Under the pieces are notes generated by a model. That model did no database searches. It was not told where the DNA came from and saw nothing but the letters and a program-made list of their open reading frames with translations. From a virus (Duplodnaviria > Caudoviricetes), in the IMG/VR virus record IMGVR_UViG_3300031669_000039, positions 1 through 54,139 of that record: a stretch of DNA of 54,139 nucleotides; one strand, 5' to 3'. The translations under genes and the position numbers were made by a program. Positions 29,019 to 38,198 of this stretch are shown here, one piece after another. How positions within the stretch are numbered: position 1 is the first letter of the stretch; each line of letters starts with the position of its first letter.

Positions 29019-30266
29019 ATGATTACTGAAAGTACCAAGGAATCACGTATGGTCGATTTGATAAGTCTTTTAAACGATGCAAATTGTAAATATTATGCTA
29101 GTCATAATGAAGAGTCGACTATAAGTGACGCTCAGTATGATAGATATTTGAGCGAGTTATTACATCTCGAGGAAGAAACGGGCATCTGCTTAGCTGGATC
29201 TCCGACAATAAAAGTTGGATTTGCTGAGTCTAAAGAAGATAAAATTAAACATTATACACCCGCTCTTTCTCTCAAACACACAAAAAGTGTTGATGAGATG
29301 TTATATTTTCTTGGGGAGAAAGAAGGTATTTTGTCTTGGAAGTTGGATGGGGTAGGTATTATTTTAGATTACTCATTAGGTATACTGGTACGAGCAGTTA
29401 GTCGTGGCGATGGACATTATGGTAGAGATATTACTAAAAATGTAATTTTAATGCGACATGTACCTACTACTATACCTATTCTAAGTCACGTTATTATCCG
29501 TGGTGAAGGTTGTCTATCTTTAAAAGAGTTTGACCAAATTAAGAAAACAAAAGAGGGAGAGAAGTATAGTAATCCTCGTAATTTGGCAAGTGGACTTATC
29601 AACGGCACAAAGACGACTAATATTTTACTCAAGCATATGAGTTTTATAGCGCATTCTGTGATGCTACTTGAAGGGTACGAACGAGACCTTACAACTAGGC
29701 ATAAACAATTAGAACATTTAAAAAATCTTGGATTTAAGGTTGTCTTTTATGTAAAAGTTTTAAATTTTGAACTTAAATCTGATATTGGACGGTTTACAAG
29801 AGCCATTGAGCGTTATGAGTTCCCCGTGGATGGACTTGTATTATCGTTAAATGATCTCAAATATGGAGAATCGTTAGGCTCTACAGCAAAATATCCTAAG
29901 CATAGTTTGGCATTTAAATGGCCTGATGAAGCGGCATTAACCACGGTTACAGGAATGAAATGGAGTGTGAGTCAAACAGGGCTTATAACACCGGTAGTTT
30001 TGTTCAGACCTGTAGTGCTTGAAGGAACGGAAGTTAAGCAAGCAAATCTTCATACGTTAAAGATATTTGAGGAGCTTAATATAGGCATCGGTGACACTCT
30101 TAAAATATTTAAAGCGAATAAGATTATTCCAGAAGTTGAGGATAATATGACTCGAAGCGGTACGGAAAAATATCCAAAAAAATGTCCAATATGCGGATAC
30201 GATACGGTTGCGGTGGAAAATAATAAAACACGCAAGTTATATTGTTATCCTTGTGGTGGGAAATAA
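29019..30266 (+). CDS. ligA: NAD+-dependent DNA ligase, short form (no HhH/BRCT)
   Basis: YY...ISD.QYD (domain Ia), KLDG, SRGDG..G.DIT.N, RGE, NPRN.A.G, DGLV, AFKW, TG.ITPV OB-fold, terminal CPIC...C..C Zn finger. Confidence 0.9.
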   Translation: MITESTKESRMVDLISLLNDANCKYYASHNEESTISDAQYDRYLSELLHLEEETGICLAGSPTIKVGFAESKEDKIKHYTPALSLKHTKSVDEMLYFLGEKEGILSWKLDGVGIILDYSLGILVRAVSRGDGHYGRDITKNVILMRHVPTTIPILSHVIIRGEGCLSLKEFDQIKKTKEGEKYSNPRNLASGLINGTKTTNILLKHMSFIAHSVMLLEGYERDLTTRHKQLEHLKNLGFKVVFYVKVLNFELKSDIGRFTRAIERYEFPVDGLVLSLNDLKYGESLGSTAKYPKHSLAFKWPDEAALTTVTGMKWSVSQTGLITPVVLFRPVVLEGTEVKQANLHTLKIFEELNIGIGDTLKIFKANKIIPEVEDNMTRSGTEKYPKKCPICGYDTVAVENNKTRKLYCYPCGGK

Positions 30267-30267
30267 T

Positions 30268-30295
30268 TCGCAAGAATAACACAGCCTATAATGAA
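30268..30295 (+). promoter_or_regulatory. Conserved phage promoter motif, copy 7
   Basis: tcgc aagaata aca cagcc tataat gaa, immediately followed by hairpin agaggtaata/tattactttt (30295-30321) and a T-tract. Confidence 0.8.
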
Positions 30296-30403
30296 GAGGT
30301 AATAATTTTTATATTACTTTTATTTTTTTGAAAGAAGTAATCATTATAATATTAAAGGAGGTAGATGATTATGTGAATCTATTAGTAATATTAATATGTT
30401 AAC

Positions 30404-30456
30404 ATGAAGCGGTAGAGCCGAAAAAAAAAGGGTATACACTATCGCTTCATAATTTT
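30404..30456 (+). terminator. Stem-loop upstream of GGDEF gene 2 (terminator/attenuator or RNA remnant)
   Basis: atgaagcggtag...ctatcgcttcat 12-bp stem (one G-U) followed by aatttt. Confidence 0.5.
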
Positions 30457-30490
30457 ATCGCTATAAAATTTTTGAAAGGGGATATTCACT

Positions 30491-31030
30491 ATGAAACATG
30501 AAGATTTAACTGAAAAAATAGGTTTTAAAACGATTGAAGAATTATATGACTTAGCGTTTAAAGATGGACTTACAAACGTTTACAATCGTAACATGTTAAG
30601 AGAGGTTCGAAACGACTTCGATTGTAAAGAGCTTTTTATTACTATTGTTAATATTGATAATTTAAAAACAATCAACGATAATAACGGACATCTTTTTGGC
30701 AATACTGTTCTTGTTGAACTAGCAACTAAGTTACAAGAAAAGTCAGATATGACGTTTCGCCTCGGCGGTGACGAATTTTTATTGATAAATCGATCATTTG
30801 AGCCGATATTTCTCAGAGATATTTGCGGAGTATCACATGGCACAGTATACAAATCGCCTAAAAAATCATTAGCCGATGCTATGAGAGAGGCTGATTCTAT
30901 TATGTATTCTAAAAAAATGTTAAACAAAAAGATATTAGAATTAGAAGATAAAATAAAAAAGGATACTTATCATTTAACAGCTCACAAAGAGAATTTTAGT
31001 AAGGTTTGGGATGGCCTCAACATTATATGA
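30491..31030 (+). CDS. Compact GGDEF-domain protein 2
   Basis: LAFKDGLT.VYNR, IVNIDNLK.IND..GH..GN, FRLGGDEF, AD..MY..K. Confidence 0.88.
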   Translation: MKHEDLTEKIGFKTIEELYDLAFKDGLTNVYNRNMLREVRNDFDCKELFITIVNIDNLKTINDNNGHLFGNTVLVELATKLQEKSDMTFRLGGDEFLLINRSFEPIFLRDICGVSHGTVYKSPKKSLADAMREADSIMYSKKMLNKKILELEDKIKKDTYHLTAHKENFSKVWDGLNII

Positions 31031-31076
31031 ATTCAAGGCATAATTTTAAAAATATCATAAATAAGGAGAAATCTCT

Positions 31077-31922
31077 ATGGAAATGAAAAGTATAACACAA
31101 ATAGCAAAAAACCTCGGGGGAGTAGTTTCGAAAAATAGTCCTACAATTCTTATAGGAGTATCTGTGGCTGGACTTGTCACTACTACTATATTAGGAATTA
31201 AAGCTACTCCTAAAGCTCTTTCCGTAATTGACGATCATGTATGGAAATTGTATGAAAACGAAATTGAGAATCCAGATGAAACATCTTTTGCTGAGTGGCT
31301 TGGTGTGGATACAAATGAATATTCTTGGAAAGATAAGAGTAACATACTATCTCGAAGAGAAAGAATTAGACTTACATGGAAGCTATATTTACCCACAGCG
31401 GCCGTCGGGATAGTTACTATTGCCTGCATTATTGGCGCCAATCATATTTCTTTAAGACGCAATGCCGCTTTAGCAAGTATTTACGGGATTACAGAAGCAG
31501 CATTCAAGGAATATCAAACAAAAGTTGTCGAAACAATCGGTAAGAATAAAGAGCTTAAAGTACGGGATGAAATCTCTGGCGATCATATTAAAAAGAATCC
31601 TCCTGGCATGAATGAGGTTATATTTACAGGTAAAGGCGAAGTTATGTGTTATGATAGCTTGAGTGGAAGATATTTTAAGAGCGACATTGAGAAAATCCGT
31701 AGGGCAGTCAACGAATTAAATCGTAGATTAATGACAGAGATGTTCATTACCATCAATGAGTTATATGACGCTATAGGTCTATCTAATACTGCACTTGGAC
31801 ATCTCATGGGATGGGATATTGATACGGGAATGGTTGAAATTGACTTCAGTGCACAACTAACAGAGGAAGGAGATCCTTGTTTGGCGCTTAATTATAAGAT
31901 TGAGCCAAAATTTATGAAGTAA
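31077..31922 (+). CDS. Conserved phage protein with N-terminal hydrophobic segments (paralog of 40134..41078)
   Basis: NSP.IL..., IACI.G.....RRN.ALA..Y....AF.EY..KV.E, NE.YD..G, .GW shared with the paralog. Confidence 0.75.
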   Translation: MEMKSITQIAKNLGGVVSKNSPTILIGVSVAGLVTTTILGIKATPKALSVIDDHVWKLYENEIENPDETSFAEWLGVDTNEYSWKDKSNILSRRERIRLTWKLYLPTAAVGIVTIACIIGANHISLRRNAALASIYGITEAAFKEYQTKVVETIGKNKELKVRDEISGDHIKKNPPGMNEVIFTGKGEVMCYDSLSGRYFKSDIEKIRRAVNELNRRLMTEMFITINELYDAIGLSNTALGHLMGWDIDTGMVEIDFSAQLTEEGDPCLALNYKIEPKFMK

Positions 31923-31955
31923 AGTATTAATAATTTATTGAAAGGAGAATAGAAA

Positions 31956-32177
31956 ATGAATAAATTTTCTGAAGAGCTACTTGCCCCTTGGCATTATAAG
32001 AGACTTAAAGAATTTGCTTTAAAGGATGCGGTACAAGCATTTAAGGAAGGATTCTATTGTATATGCGGAGATGGAAACATCACATGTTTAACTAATATAC
32101 CAAATGATCCATATTTTGTAAAGGAAGGAATAAATCATTATGAAAAAATATCCCAAAATTATAGCTCTCGACTTTGA
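31956..32177 (+). CDS. Hypothetical protein
   Basis: GAAAGGAG RBS. Confidence 0.55.
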   Translation: MNKFSEELLAPWHYKRLKEFALKDAVQAFKEGFYCICGDGNITCLTNIPNDPYFVKEGINHYEKISQNYSSRL

Positions 32178-33384
32178 TGGTTGTGTTGTGACAGATAAGT
32201 ATCCTGAGATCGGAGAGCCGATTGAGAAAAATATTAAGAAGATCAAAGAAGAAATTGCTGCTGGTACCATAGTTATTCTTTGGACCGGTCGAGTAAATGA
32301 ATACTTACAGGCAGCGATTAATGTCTGTAAAGAACATGAAATACATCTAGACGCCGTTAATGAGAATGTACCTTGGGTCGTTGAGGAATTTGGCAACGAT
32401 TCAAGAAAGATATTCGCTAATGAATACTGGGACGACCGTGCTGTTTTAATGTCTGAGAAGGATATTAGTGAATTCTCTGATGGTTATCACACGTTTAATG
32501 ACCTTTATATGCAGAGACGTGTACTATCGGCAACTCTATTTAATTCTTATAAGGAGTGGGCATGGAAATCTAGAAAGCATTCAGATGGGCAATCATGTTT
32601 TGGTGGTGGTTGGTTTATTGTAGGTATCGATACAGGTTTAGGGCAGTATTCCTATCATTATGAGGATCGTTATTGGGATATGTTTGACTGTAAGGAACTT
32701 GATGTTGCTCCTGAGTGGGATGGCCATACTGATAAAGATGTATATAGACTTGCGTCATTATGTATGGATAAATATAAGTTTGAAATTGGTTATAAATCTT
32801 TAGCCGATCCAGATGAGGTAGAACTCCATAAAACGTGTGCTGGTTGTGTATACGATGAAGAAAATTGCACAAATCCAAACCTCTGCAATAAAAATATATC
32901 GGGATACACAGGATGGACTAAAGTGAAAAGGAGTAATGGATTGAGGGAGAACCTCGCAGCATTAGCGCACGAACAATGGTCGGGCTGGATGGAATACCTA
33001 TTCGAGAAGTCTTTTAAAAACGAGGATGGGACTGTAACTATGCCCAAATGGGCGGTTGACAGATGGAGTCGGCAAATGAAAACGAGTTACAAGGATTTAA
33101 GCTTGCAGGAACAGGATTCGGACAGAATAGAGGCAGATAAATTTCTCAAGGTATTGGATGGGGAGAATAATCCAACCGATATTCTTGGTACGAATAAAAT
33201 TGCCACTGCTGTAGATATTTTACGAACCGAATTTCAAAAAGGCCAATCACCTGGGAGCTACTATGATTCATGGGTAAGTAATATAGCATGTTGTATCATG
33301 GATCAATATTCGGATAAGATAAAAGACCATCTTAAAGCCAACGAGGCTGCCAAAGCATTTATTAAATTGTTGATAGATAAATAA
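32140..33384 (+). CDS. Multidomain protein: HAD-like phosphatase + WDGH-type domain + further modules
   Basis: IIALDFDG.V, ILWT.R, RK.FA.EY.DD (HAD motifs); SDGYHTF.DLY...APEWDGHT; LAHEQW..W...Y.DL...EQD.DR. Confidence 0.75.
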   Translation: MKKYPKIIALDFDGCVVTDKYPEIGEPIEKNIKKIKEEIAAGTIVILWTGRVNEYLQAAINVCKEHEIHLDAVNENVPWVVEEFGNDSRKIFANEYWDDRAVLMSEKDISEFSDGYHTFNDLYMQRRVLSATLFNSYKEWAWKSRKHSDGQSCFGGGWFIVGIDTGLGQYSYHYEDRYWDMFDCKELDVAPEWDGHTDKDVYRLASLCMDKYKFEIGYKSLADPDEVELHKTCAGCVYDEENCTNPNLCNKNISGYTGWTKVKRSNGLRENLAALAHEQWSGWMEYLFEKSFKNEDGTVTMPKWAVDRWSRQMKTSYKDLSLQEQDSDRIEADKFLKVLDGENNPTDILGTNKIATAVDILRTEFQKGQSPGSYYDSWVSNIACCIMDQYSDKIKDHLKANEAAKAFIKLLIDK

Positions 33385-33388
33385 GAAC

Positions 33389-33417
33389 TCGCAAGAATAA
33401 CACAGCTTCTAATAGAA
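33389..33417 (+). promoter_or_regulatory. Conserved phage promoter motif, copy 8
   Basis: tcgc aagaata aca cagct tctaat agaa. Confidence 0.8.
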
Positions 33418-33456
33418 GATTATACTAAATCCAAATTTGAAGGGAGATAAATTATT

Positions 33457-33618
33457 ATGAAAGAATTTTTAAAGGCAAACAAAGGAAAGATCATCAAAGG
33501 AACAATAATCATCGTGGGAGTGGTAGCAGGAATACTAATAGTAAAACTGTTAACAAACCGCGGCGAGGAGACGTTCTTAGATGTAATGGAGAATGTTCCT
33601 GAGGAATTGATTAAGTAG
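33457..33618 (+). CDS. 53-aa single-TM membrane protein (not in the ORF track)
   Basis: GAAGGGAG RBS; MKEFLKANKGKIIKGTIIIVGVVAGILIVKLLTNRGEETFLDVMENVPEELIK. Confidence 0.75.
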   Translation: MKEFLKANKGKIIKGTIIIVGVVAGILIVKLLTNRGEETFLDVMENVPEELIK

Positions 33619-33651
33619 TAGTGACTACCGGATTATGAGGTAGTAAATAAG

Positions 33652-33690
33652 AAGGAGACATCTGAGGAAACTTAGGTGTCTTTATTTTTT
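33652..33690 (+). terminator. Intrinsic terminator
   Basis: agacatctgag-gaaa-cttaggtgtct then T-tract. Confidence 0.8.
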
Positions 33691-33697
33691 GAATGCT

Positions 33698-33725
33698 TCG
33701 CTGAAATTACATACCCTATAATGAA
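33698..33725 (+). promoter_or_regulatory. Conserved phage promoter motif, copy 9
   Basis: tcgc tgaaatt aca taccc tataat gaa. Confidence 0.8.
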
Positions 33726-33751
33726 ACTATATTTTGAAAGGAGGAATTATT

Positions 33752-34033
33752 ATGAATAATACACTTAAAGTGGTAAAAACGATAGGAAGTATGGTAATTT
33801 CGATCGGAGTTGGTGCAGTTGCAGTGAATTTGATAAAAGCAGCAAGCCCGGAAGATGTAAAGAAAATAACAAAGATTTGCATTAACGTGGGGAGTTTCTT
33901 TGTAGCGGGATTAGCGGCATCGGCAGCCAGCAAGAAATTCGAAAGTACTATAGATAATATCGTAAATACCATAACAATGTTTATGAAAGATAATGAAATC
34001 GGAGAACAAGATGTAGTAGAGATGGAGGCTTAA
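33752..34033 (+). CDS. Small two-TM membrane protein (cassette)
   Basis: GAAAGGAGG RBS; terminator gaggc-ttaaaa-gcctc plus T-tract over the stop (about 34017-34050). Confidence 0.75.
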   Translation: MNNTLKVVKTIGSMVISIGVGAVAVNLIKAASPEDVKKITKICINVGSFFVAGLAASAASKKFESTIDNIVNTITMFMKDNEIGEQDVVEMEA

Positions 34034-34085
34034 AAGCCTCTTTCTTTTTATTTCACTAAAATATTAAATTGAAAAGAGAATCACC

Positions 34086-34483
34086 ATGAAATTTGCTAAT
34101 TTATAAATCTTATTTGCGTCGCTCTTATAGCAGGATATATTGGAGCTCGCGTTCAAAAAAAGAAAGATCTACATGAAGCATGTGAAGCTTTTGCTGACTT
34201 TGTGCATCCTCTTGAAAAGGAAAGTTCTAAGAAAAATTCTATGAAGACTCAACCTGAAATTATATTTAAGACGCGTTCCGAGGCAGAAGACACTTTGGAG
34301 CGTTTACTTTCTCTTGTAAAGGATTATGGCGTAGTCACCATAGCAGAGTTATATGATTCATTTGGGAAGACAAGTACTTTTAGAGATAATCAATTTGGAT
34401 GGACCGATCTTCGAAACGCTTATGTAAAATGGACGCGTACAGGATATTTACTTGGCCTTCCTCATGCAGAACGTATAAAATAA
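34086..34483 (+). pseudogene. Frameshifted gene: TM segment plus a domain paralogous to the C-terminus of 35516..36172
   Basis: RBS-led ATG 34086 stops after 6 codons, but one extra base near 34099 would join it to the open frame FINLICVALIAGYIG...EIIFKTRSEAE...FGWTDLRNA. Confidence 0.6.
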
Positions 34484-34528
34484 AGGAGAGATCTAATAAT
34501 GTTGGAATTAAAAGAAAGGAGGACTTGT

Positions 34529-34696
34529 ATGAAGGTAAAAATAGGGAACAAAATATTTGACAGCAACATTGAACCCATAATGCTTATTCTAAATTCAGAG
34601 GAGAAAGTATTAATATCCAATATGGGCGATCAAGATAAATTTTGTAGCTTTCCCGATAATATTAGTGAGGAAGATATAATTGAGTTTATGAAATAA
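34529..34696 (+). CDS. Hypothetical protein
   Basis: GAAAGGAGG RBS before ATG 34529. Confidence 0.6.
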   Translation: MKVKIGNKIFDSNIEPIMLILNSEEKVLISNMGDQDKFCSFPDNISEEDIIEFMK

Positions 34697-34734
34697 AATG
34701 CTATAATTTTAAAATTGAAAAGGGGTTTGACATA

Positions 34735-35076
34735 ATGAATTGTCAAAAGAAATCAATTGTTACGAAGCGAATACAAAAAGCACCCATAATCACTATTTGC
34801 GGTAGTACGCGTTTTAAAGAAGATATCTTAAAAGCACAGCGAGATTTAACTATGGAAGGAAATGTTGTATTGTCGTGCCCATTCTTCAATCATGCAGATG
34901 GTATAACAATGACAGATGAAGATATTTGTTTGGTTGATCATTTGCATCAACAAAAGATAGATATGTCTGATGCTATTTATGTAGTCAATAAAGGCGGATA
35001 TATTGGTAGCTCGACAAAGAATGAAATAAAATATGCAAGAATTGCGGGTAAACGGGTTATATTTATGGAAAAGTAA
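34735..35076 (+). CDS. Nucleoside 2-deoxyribosyltransferase-like (flavodoxin-fold) protein
   Basis: IITICGS.RF, H.QKID.SDAIYVVN.GGYIG.ST..EI.YA...GK.V pattern. Confidence 0.65.
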   Translation: MNCQKKSIVTKRIQKAPIITICGSTRFKEDILKAQRDLTMEGNVVLSCPFFNHADGITMTDEDICLVDHLHQQKIDMSDAIYVVNKGGYIGSSTKNEIKYARIAGKRVIFMEK

Positions 35077-35108
35077 TTAATAACTTATATTTTGAAAGGG
35101 GAATCATT

Positions 35109-35333
35109 ATGAAATTCACCACTAAAATGATATTATTTGGAACCGGAACTCTGAGTCTTGGTATTTTTATTGGATATAAAGCATTTCAAAAAATAATGTT
35201 GCTTATGGTAAATGATAAGGATTTTATGTCACGTAAAATAATACCCAGCATAGAAACTATAGTCGGCAAAGATAAGCTTGAGCGTATAATAAAAATATAT
35301 TTGGAGGATGAGGATCAAGCGGCTACTACTTGA
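35109..35333 (+). CDS. Small N-terminal-TM protein
   Basis: GAAAGGGG RBS; ILFGTGTLSLGIFIGY. Confidence 0.65.
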   Translation: MKFTTKMILFGTGTLSLGIFIGYKAFQKIMLLMVNDKDFMSRKIIPSIETIVGKDKLERIIKIYLEDEDQAATT

Positions 35334-35367
35334 ATATCAAATTTTAAAATTTGAAAGGAGAATCATT

Positions 35368-35526
35368 ATGGACGATGTAAGAATTACTCAAAATTGCAAG
35401 GAATGTAATAGACCTTTTAGCATCTCAAAAGAGGAGGCGACGTGGCTCAAAGATAAGGGTTTAGCCCTCTTTAAAAGATGTTCCGAATGCCGGAAAAAAA
35501 GGAGAGAAGAAAAAAATGGAAAATAA
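35368..35526 (+). CDS. Zinc-ribbon protein
   Basis: CKEC...F.IS..E..W...KGL...KRC.ECR; GAAAGGAG RBS before ATG 35368. Confidence 0.75.
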   Translation: MDDVRITQNCKECNRPFSISKEEATWLKDKGLALFKRCSECRKKRREEKNGK

Positions 35527-36172
35527 TGATAAAGAACAATTAAAGAATACATTTCCCTCAAACTCGAAAACTGTTCGGAAAGAATCTCAGCCAGTTAAAC
35601 CTGAGGATCGGAAACTTGAAAAAGTAGTTACAGGTTCTGTTAAAAAACAGAAGCGGTCTTTCAGTAAGAAACTTGCTGAGACCTTCCTCGAGGATGATAC
35701 AAAGAGTGTAGGAAGTTATATCTTCCATGATGTTTTAATACCAGCAGCTAAAGCTATGATTAGTGATATGGTTGGTGGAGGTATTGAGATGCTTCTCTTC
35801 GGTGAGAAACGTGGACGTAATACTCGAAGGGAGGGCAATCGCTCGTTTACAAGTTATGGATCATATTATCGTCCTACTGGTCGTGACCGAGATTCAAAAG
35901 ATAGAGATATTTCTCGAGTCGGACGAGCAAGGCACAATTTTGATGAGATCGTACTTGAGACTCGTGGTGAGGCAGAAGAGGTATTATCACACCTCGTAGA
36001 CTTAATTATTGATTATAATCAAGCTACGGTTGCCGATTTATATGATTTGGTAGGCATTAACGGTGACTTCACTGATAATAAATATGGATGGACAGATTTG
36101 CGTAACGCTAGTGTTAGTAGGGTAAGAGGCGGATATTTAATAAATCTTCCTCGAACTCAACCATTGGATTAG
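35516..36172 (+). CDS. Conserved phage hypothetical protein
   Basis: PSNS, DVLIPA.K..I.D, TR.EAE.VL..L...I..Y..ATVADLYD...TD.KYGW.DL. Confidence 0.75.
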   Translation: MENNDKEQLKNTFPSNSKTVRKESQPVKPEDRKLEKVVTGSVKKQKRSFSKKLAETFLEDDTKSVGSYIFHDVLIPAAKAMISDMVGGGIEMLLFGEKRGRNTRREGNRSFTSYGSYYRPTGRDRDSKDRDISRVGRARHNFDEIVLETRGEAEEVLSHLVDLIIDYNQATVADLYDLVGINGDFTDNKYGWTDLRNASVSRVRGGYLINLPRTQPLD

Positions 36173-36181
36173 GAGGGAATT

Positions 36182-36409
36182 ATGAGTTCTATATTAAAAT
36201 TGCTTGGCGTCAAATACACTATGCAACTGAACTATAGTCCATATCTAGGAGAATATATTGTAAAGATTAGAGATCGTGACGGTAATAAAGCAGAAAGATC
36301 TTTTTCTGCTTTAGAAGCAGAAACTGCAGATTTTGATATGTTGGTTTCTATAGTTGAACAATGTATTTTTCGACTTAGAAGTCGAAATGAAACGGGAGAG
36401 ATTTTATGA
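36182..36409 (+). CDS. Hypothetical protein
   Basis: AGGAGG RBS. Confidence 0.6.
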   Translation: MSSILKLLGVKYTMQLNYSPYLGEYIVKIRDRDGNKAERSFSALEAETADFDMLVSIVEQCIFRLRSRNETGEIL

Positions 36410-36476
36410 TTGATAAAGTGTATGAGAAATACAAAAAAAAAGAAATTGAAAATAAATCTTGAAAGGAGAAATCACC

Positions 36477-36614
36477 ATGAAAAAAACTATGATATTTGTT
36501 CTTGGGATCGGAATCGGTATGTTAATTTCAAAGAAAATGGTTAATCTAGCCATTAAGGAATTTGTTAGGTCTTATAGAGAGAAATTACATAACATCGGAT
36601 GGAGGAGAATGTGA
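36477..36614 (+). CDS. 45-aa single-TM protein (not in the ORF track)
   Basis: GAAAGGAG RBS; MKKTMIFVLGIGIGMLISKKMVNLAIKEFVRSYREKLHNIGWRRM. Confidence 0.65.
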   Translation: MKKTMIFVLGIGIGMLISKKMVNLAIKEFVRSYREKLHNIGWRRM

Positions 36615-36615
36615 T

Positions 36616-36951
36616 ATGAATAAAAAAGATTCTTTACGTCTTGACGATTGGGTTATTTGCTCAATAAGTGGGGTAATAGGACAGATCATTAAATTTTATA
36701 AACCTACCGCTTGCGAAGAACAAATCATGGTAAAAACTCGTGACGAAAGACAATATCATGCTCCTAAGAGTACATGGAAGCATTATCATTTTGGCACAAC
36801 CGTTAATCAGATGTATACGGACGAATTTGCTACTCAAAATCTTCGTGCTCAAATTGACACAGCAAATGCGCGTCCAATTTTGGAGTTCTATGCGTCTAAA
36901 GAATTTGAAGTTAGAGTTATAGAACTCAAATTATTTTCAAAAAGGAGGTAG
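36616..36951 (+). CDS. Hypothetical protein
   Basis: GGAGG RBS before ATG 36616. Confidence 0.6.
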   Translation: MNKKDSLRLDDWVICSISGVIGQIIKFYKPTACEEQIMVKTRDERQYHAPKSTWKHYHFGTTVNQMYTDEFATQNLRAQIDTANARPILEFYASKEFEVRVIELKLFSKRR

Positions 36952-36956
36952 TTACC

Positions 36957-37328
36957 ATGTCTAAACCATATTGGCACTGCCCTACGTGTAACGGGAATTT
37001 TGATCCTGGAGAACTGTGCGATTGTCCACGGTTAACAGAAGAACATAGATTAAATAAACAAAAGATAAGGCGGATAGATGTTAAAACCTTAATATTAGAC
37101 CCAACCCTGGTGGAGGACATGACGATGGACGAATCTATATCTAATAAACTAAAAATAAGGGAGACACTTATCCTCGGTATTGATATCTCTGGAGGAGAAG
37201 ATATTTCTTGTATACAAGTAGTAAAAGTAATTGGAGATATCCATGAAATTGTTCGTACTATATACGGAGAAGAAGCTGACAAAACCTACGACATACTTAT
37301 GAATCGAGGTGGTGTTATTAAGGTTTAA
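36957..37328 (+). CDS. Hypothetical protein with N-terminal Cys cluster
   Basis: C..C.GN.DPGE.CDC; AAAGGAGG RBS. Confidence 0.65.
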   Translation: MSKPYWHCPTCNGNFDPGELCDCPRLTEEHRLNKQKIRRIDVKTLILDPTLVEDMTMDESISNKLKIRETLILGIDISGGEDISCIQVVKVIGDIHEIVRTIYGEEADKTYDILMNRGGVIKV

Positions 37329-37350
37329 CCAAGATAAGGAGGTTATATTT

Positions 37351-37815
37351 ATGATTGAACTTGTTAAGACTCCAAATGCGGATAGCCGCTCAGCTGATGG
37401 TAAAATTTCTTTAATGGCCTTACAGCTTGCGACGGCAAATCATATGGATCATGTATCCAAAGGCCTTGGATATTTTGCCAATCTACTCAGAGCTGCTGGA
37501 AAATGCCACGACCATACGAAGTCGGACAATATGGAGGATTTCCATAAGGCCCTTGAGTCTGGCAAGATAAAGAATAGTCGATGGTATAAGATGCATATTT
37601 CAGAAGAGAGGCATCATTTAGTATCAAAGGTTCCGGATAATGTCAATCTTATTGATGTGATTGAGCATCTAGTGGATTGTGTGATGGCCGGAAGTGCGCG
37701 GACGGGAAAGATATTTGACATTGATTTGTCGAACGAGGTGCTGCAAAAAGCACATAAGAACACAGTTGAGCTTTTGAAGAAACAGATTAAAGTTACGGAG
37801 GTTTCAAATGAGTGA
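37351..37815 (+). CDS. HD-like metal-dependent phosphohydrolase
   Basis: H...V...HD.TK...H....RHH...L.D.IE...D; AAGGAGG RBS before ATG 37351. Confidence 0.6.
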   Translation: MIELVKTPNADSRSADGKISLMALQLATANHMDHVSKGLGYFANLLRAAGKCHDHTKSDNMEDFHKALESGKIKNSRWYKMHISEERHHLVSKVPDNVNLIDVIEHLVDCVMAGSARTGKIFDIDLSNEVLQKAHKNTVELLKKQIKVTEVSNE

Positions 37816-38194
37816 ACCAAGCGGATATTTTTTTGAAGAGGTAGAAAATAAAGACGTTTTATATCTATGTGATCGTAGAGCATGTAAGAAGTGTAATTCT
37901 ACCAGAGATGGAGAAACATGTAGACATACGTCCGATATTTCACATGCAAAGAATTTTGAAGTCGGCCCCTATGAAGGATATTGGGAGAAAGAATCGAAAC
38001 CTTTACTCGTTTTAAAAGCCGATCGACTTCTTAAAAGAGAAGTTATAGATCGTATCCGAAACGACATTAAAAGACAAATAGACGAAGGTTTGGTCTTAGT
38101 CGATGGTTTCATAACTGAAATTAAACTTAAACAAGACGAATATGGACCTCTACTTATTTGTCAAGTAGAAAACCAAAGGAAGAGATGGAGGTAG
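37808..38194 (+). CDS. Hypothetical Cys/His-rich protein
   Basis: YLCD..AC..C......C.HT.DI.HA.NF. Confidence 0.6.
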   Translation: MSEPSGYFFEEVENKDVLYLCDRRACKKCNSTRDGETCRHTSDISHAKNFEVGPYEGYWEKESKPLLVLKADRLLKREVIDRIRNDIKRQIDEGLVLVDGFITEIKLKQDEYGPLLICQVENQRKRWR

Positions 38195-38198
38195 CTAA

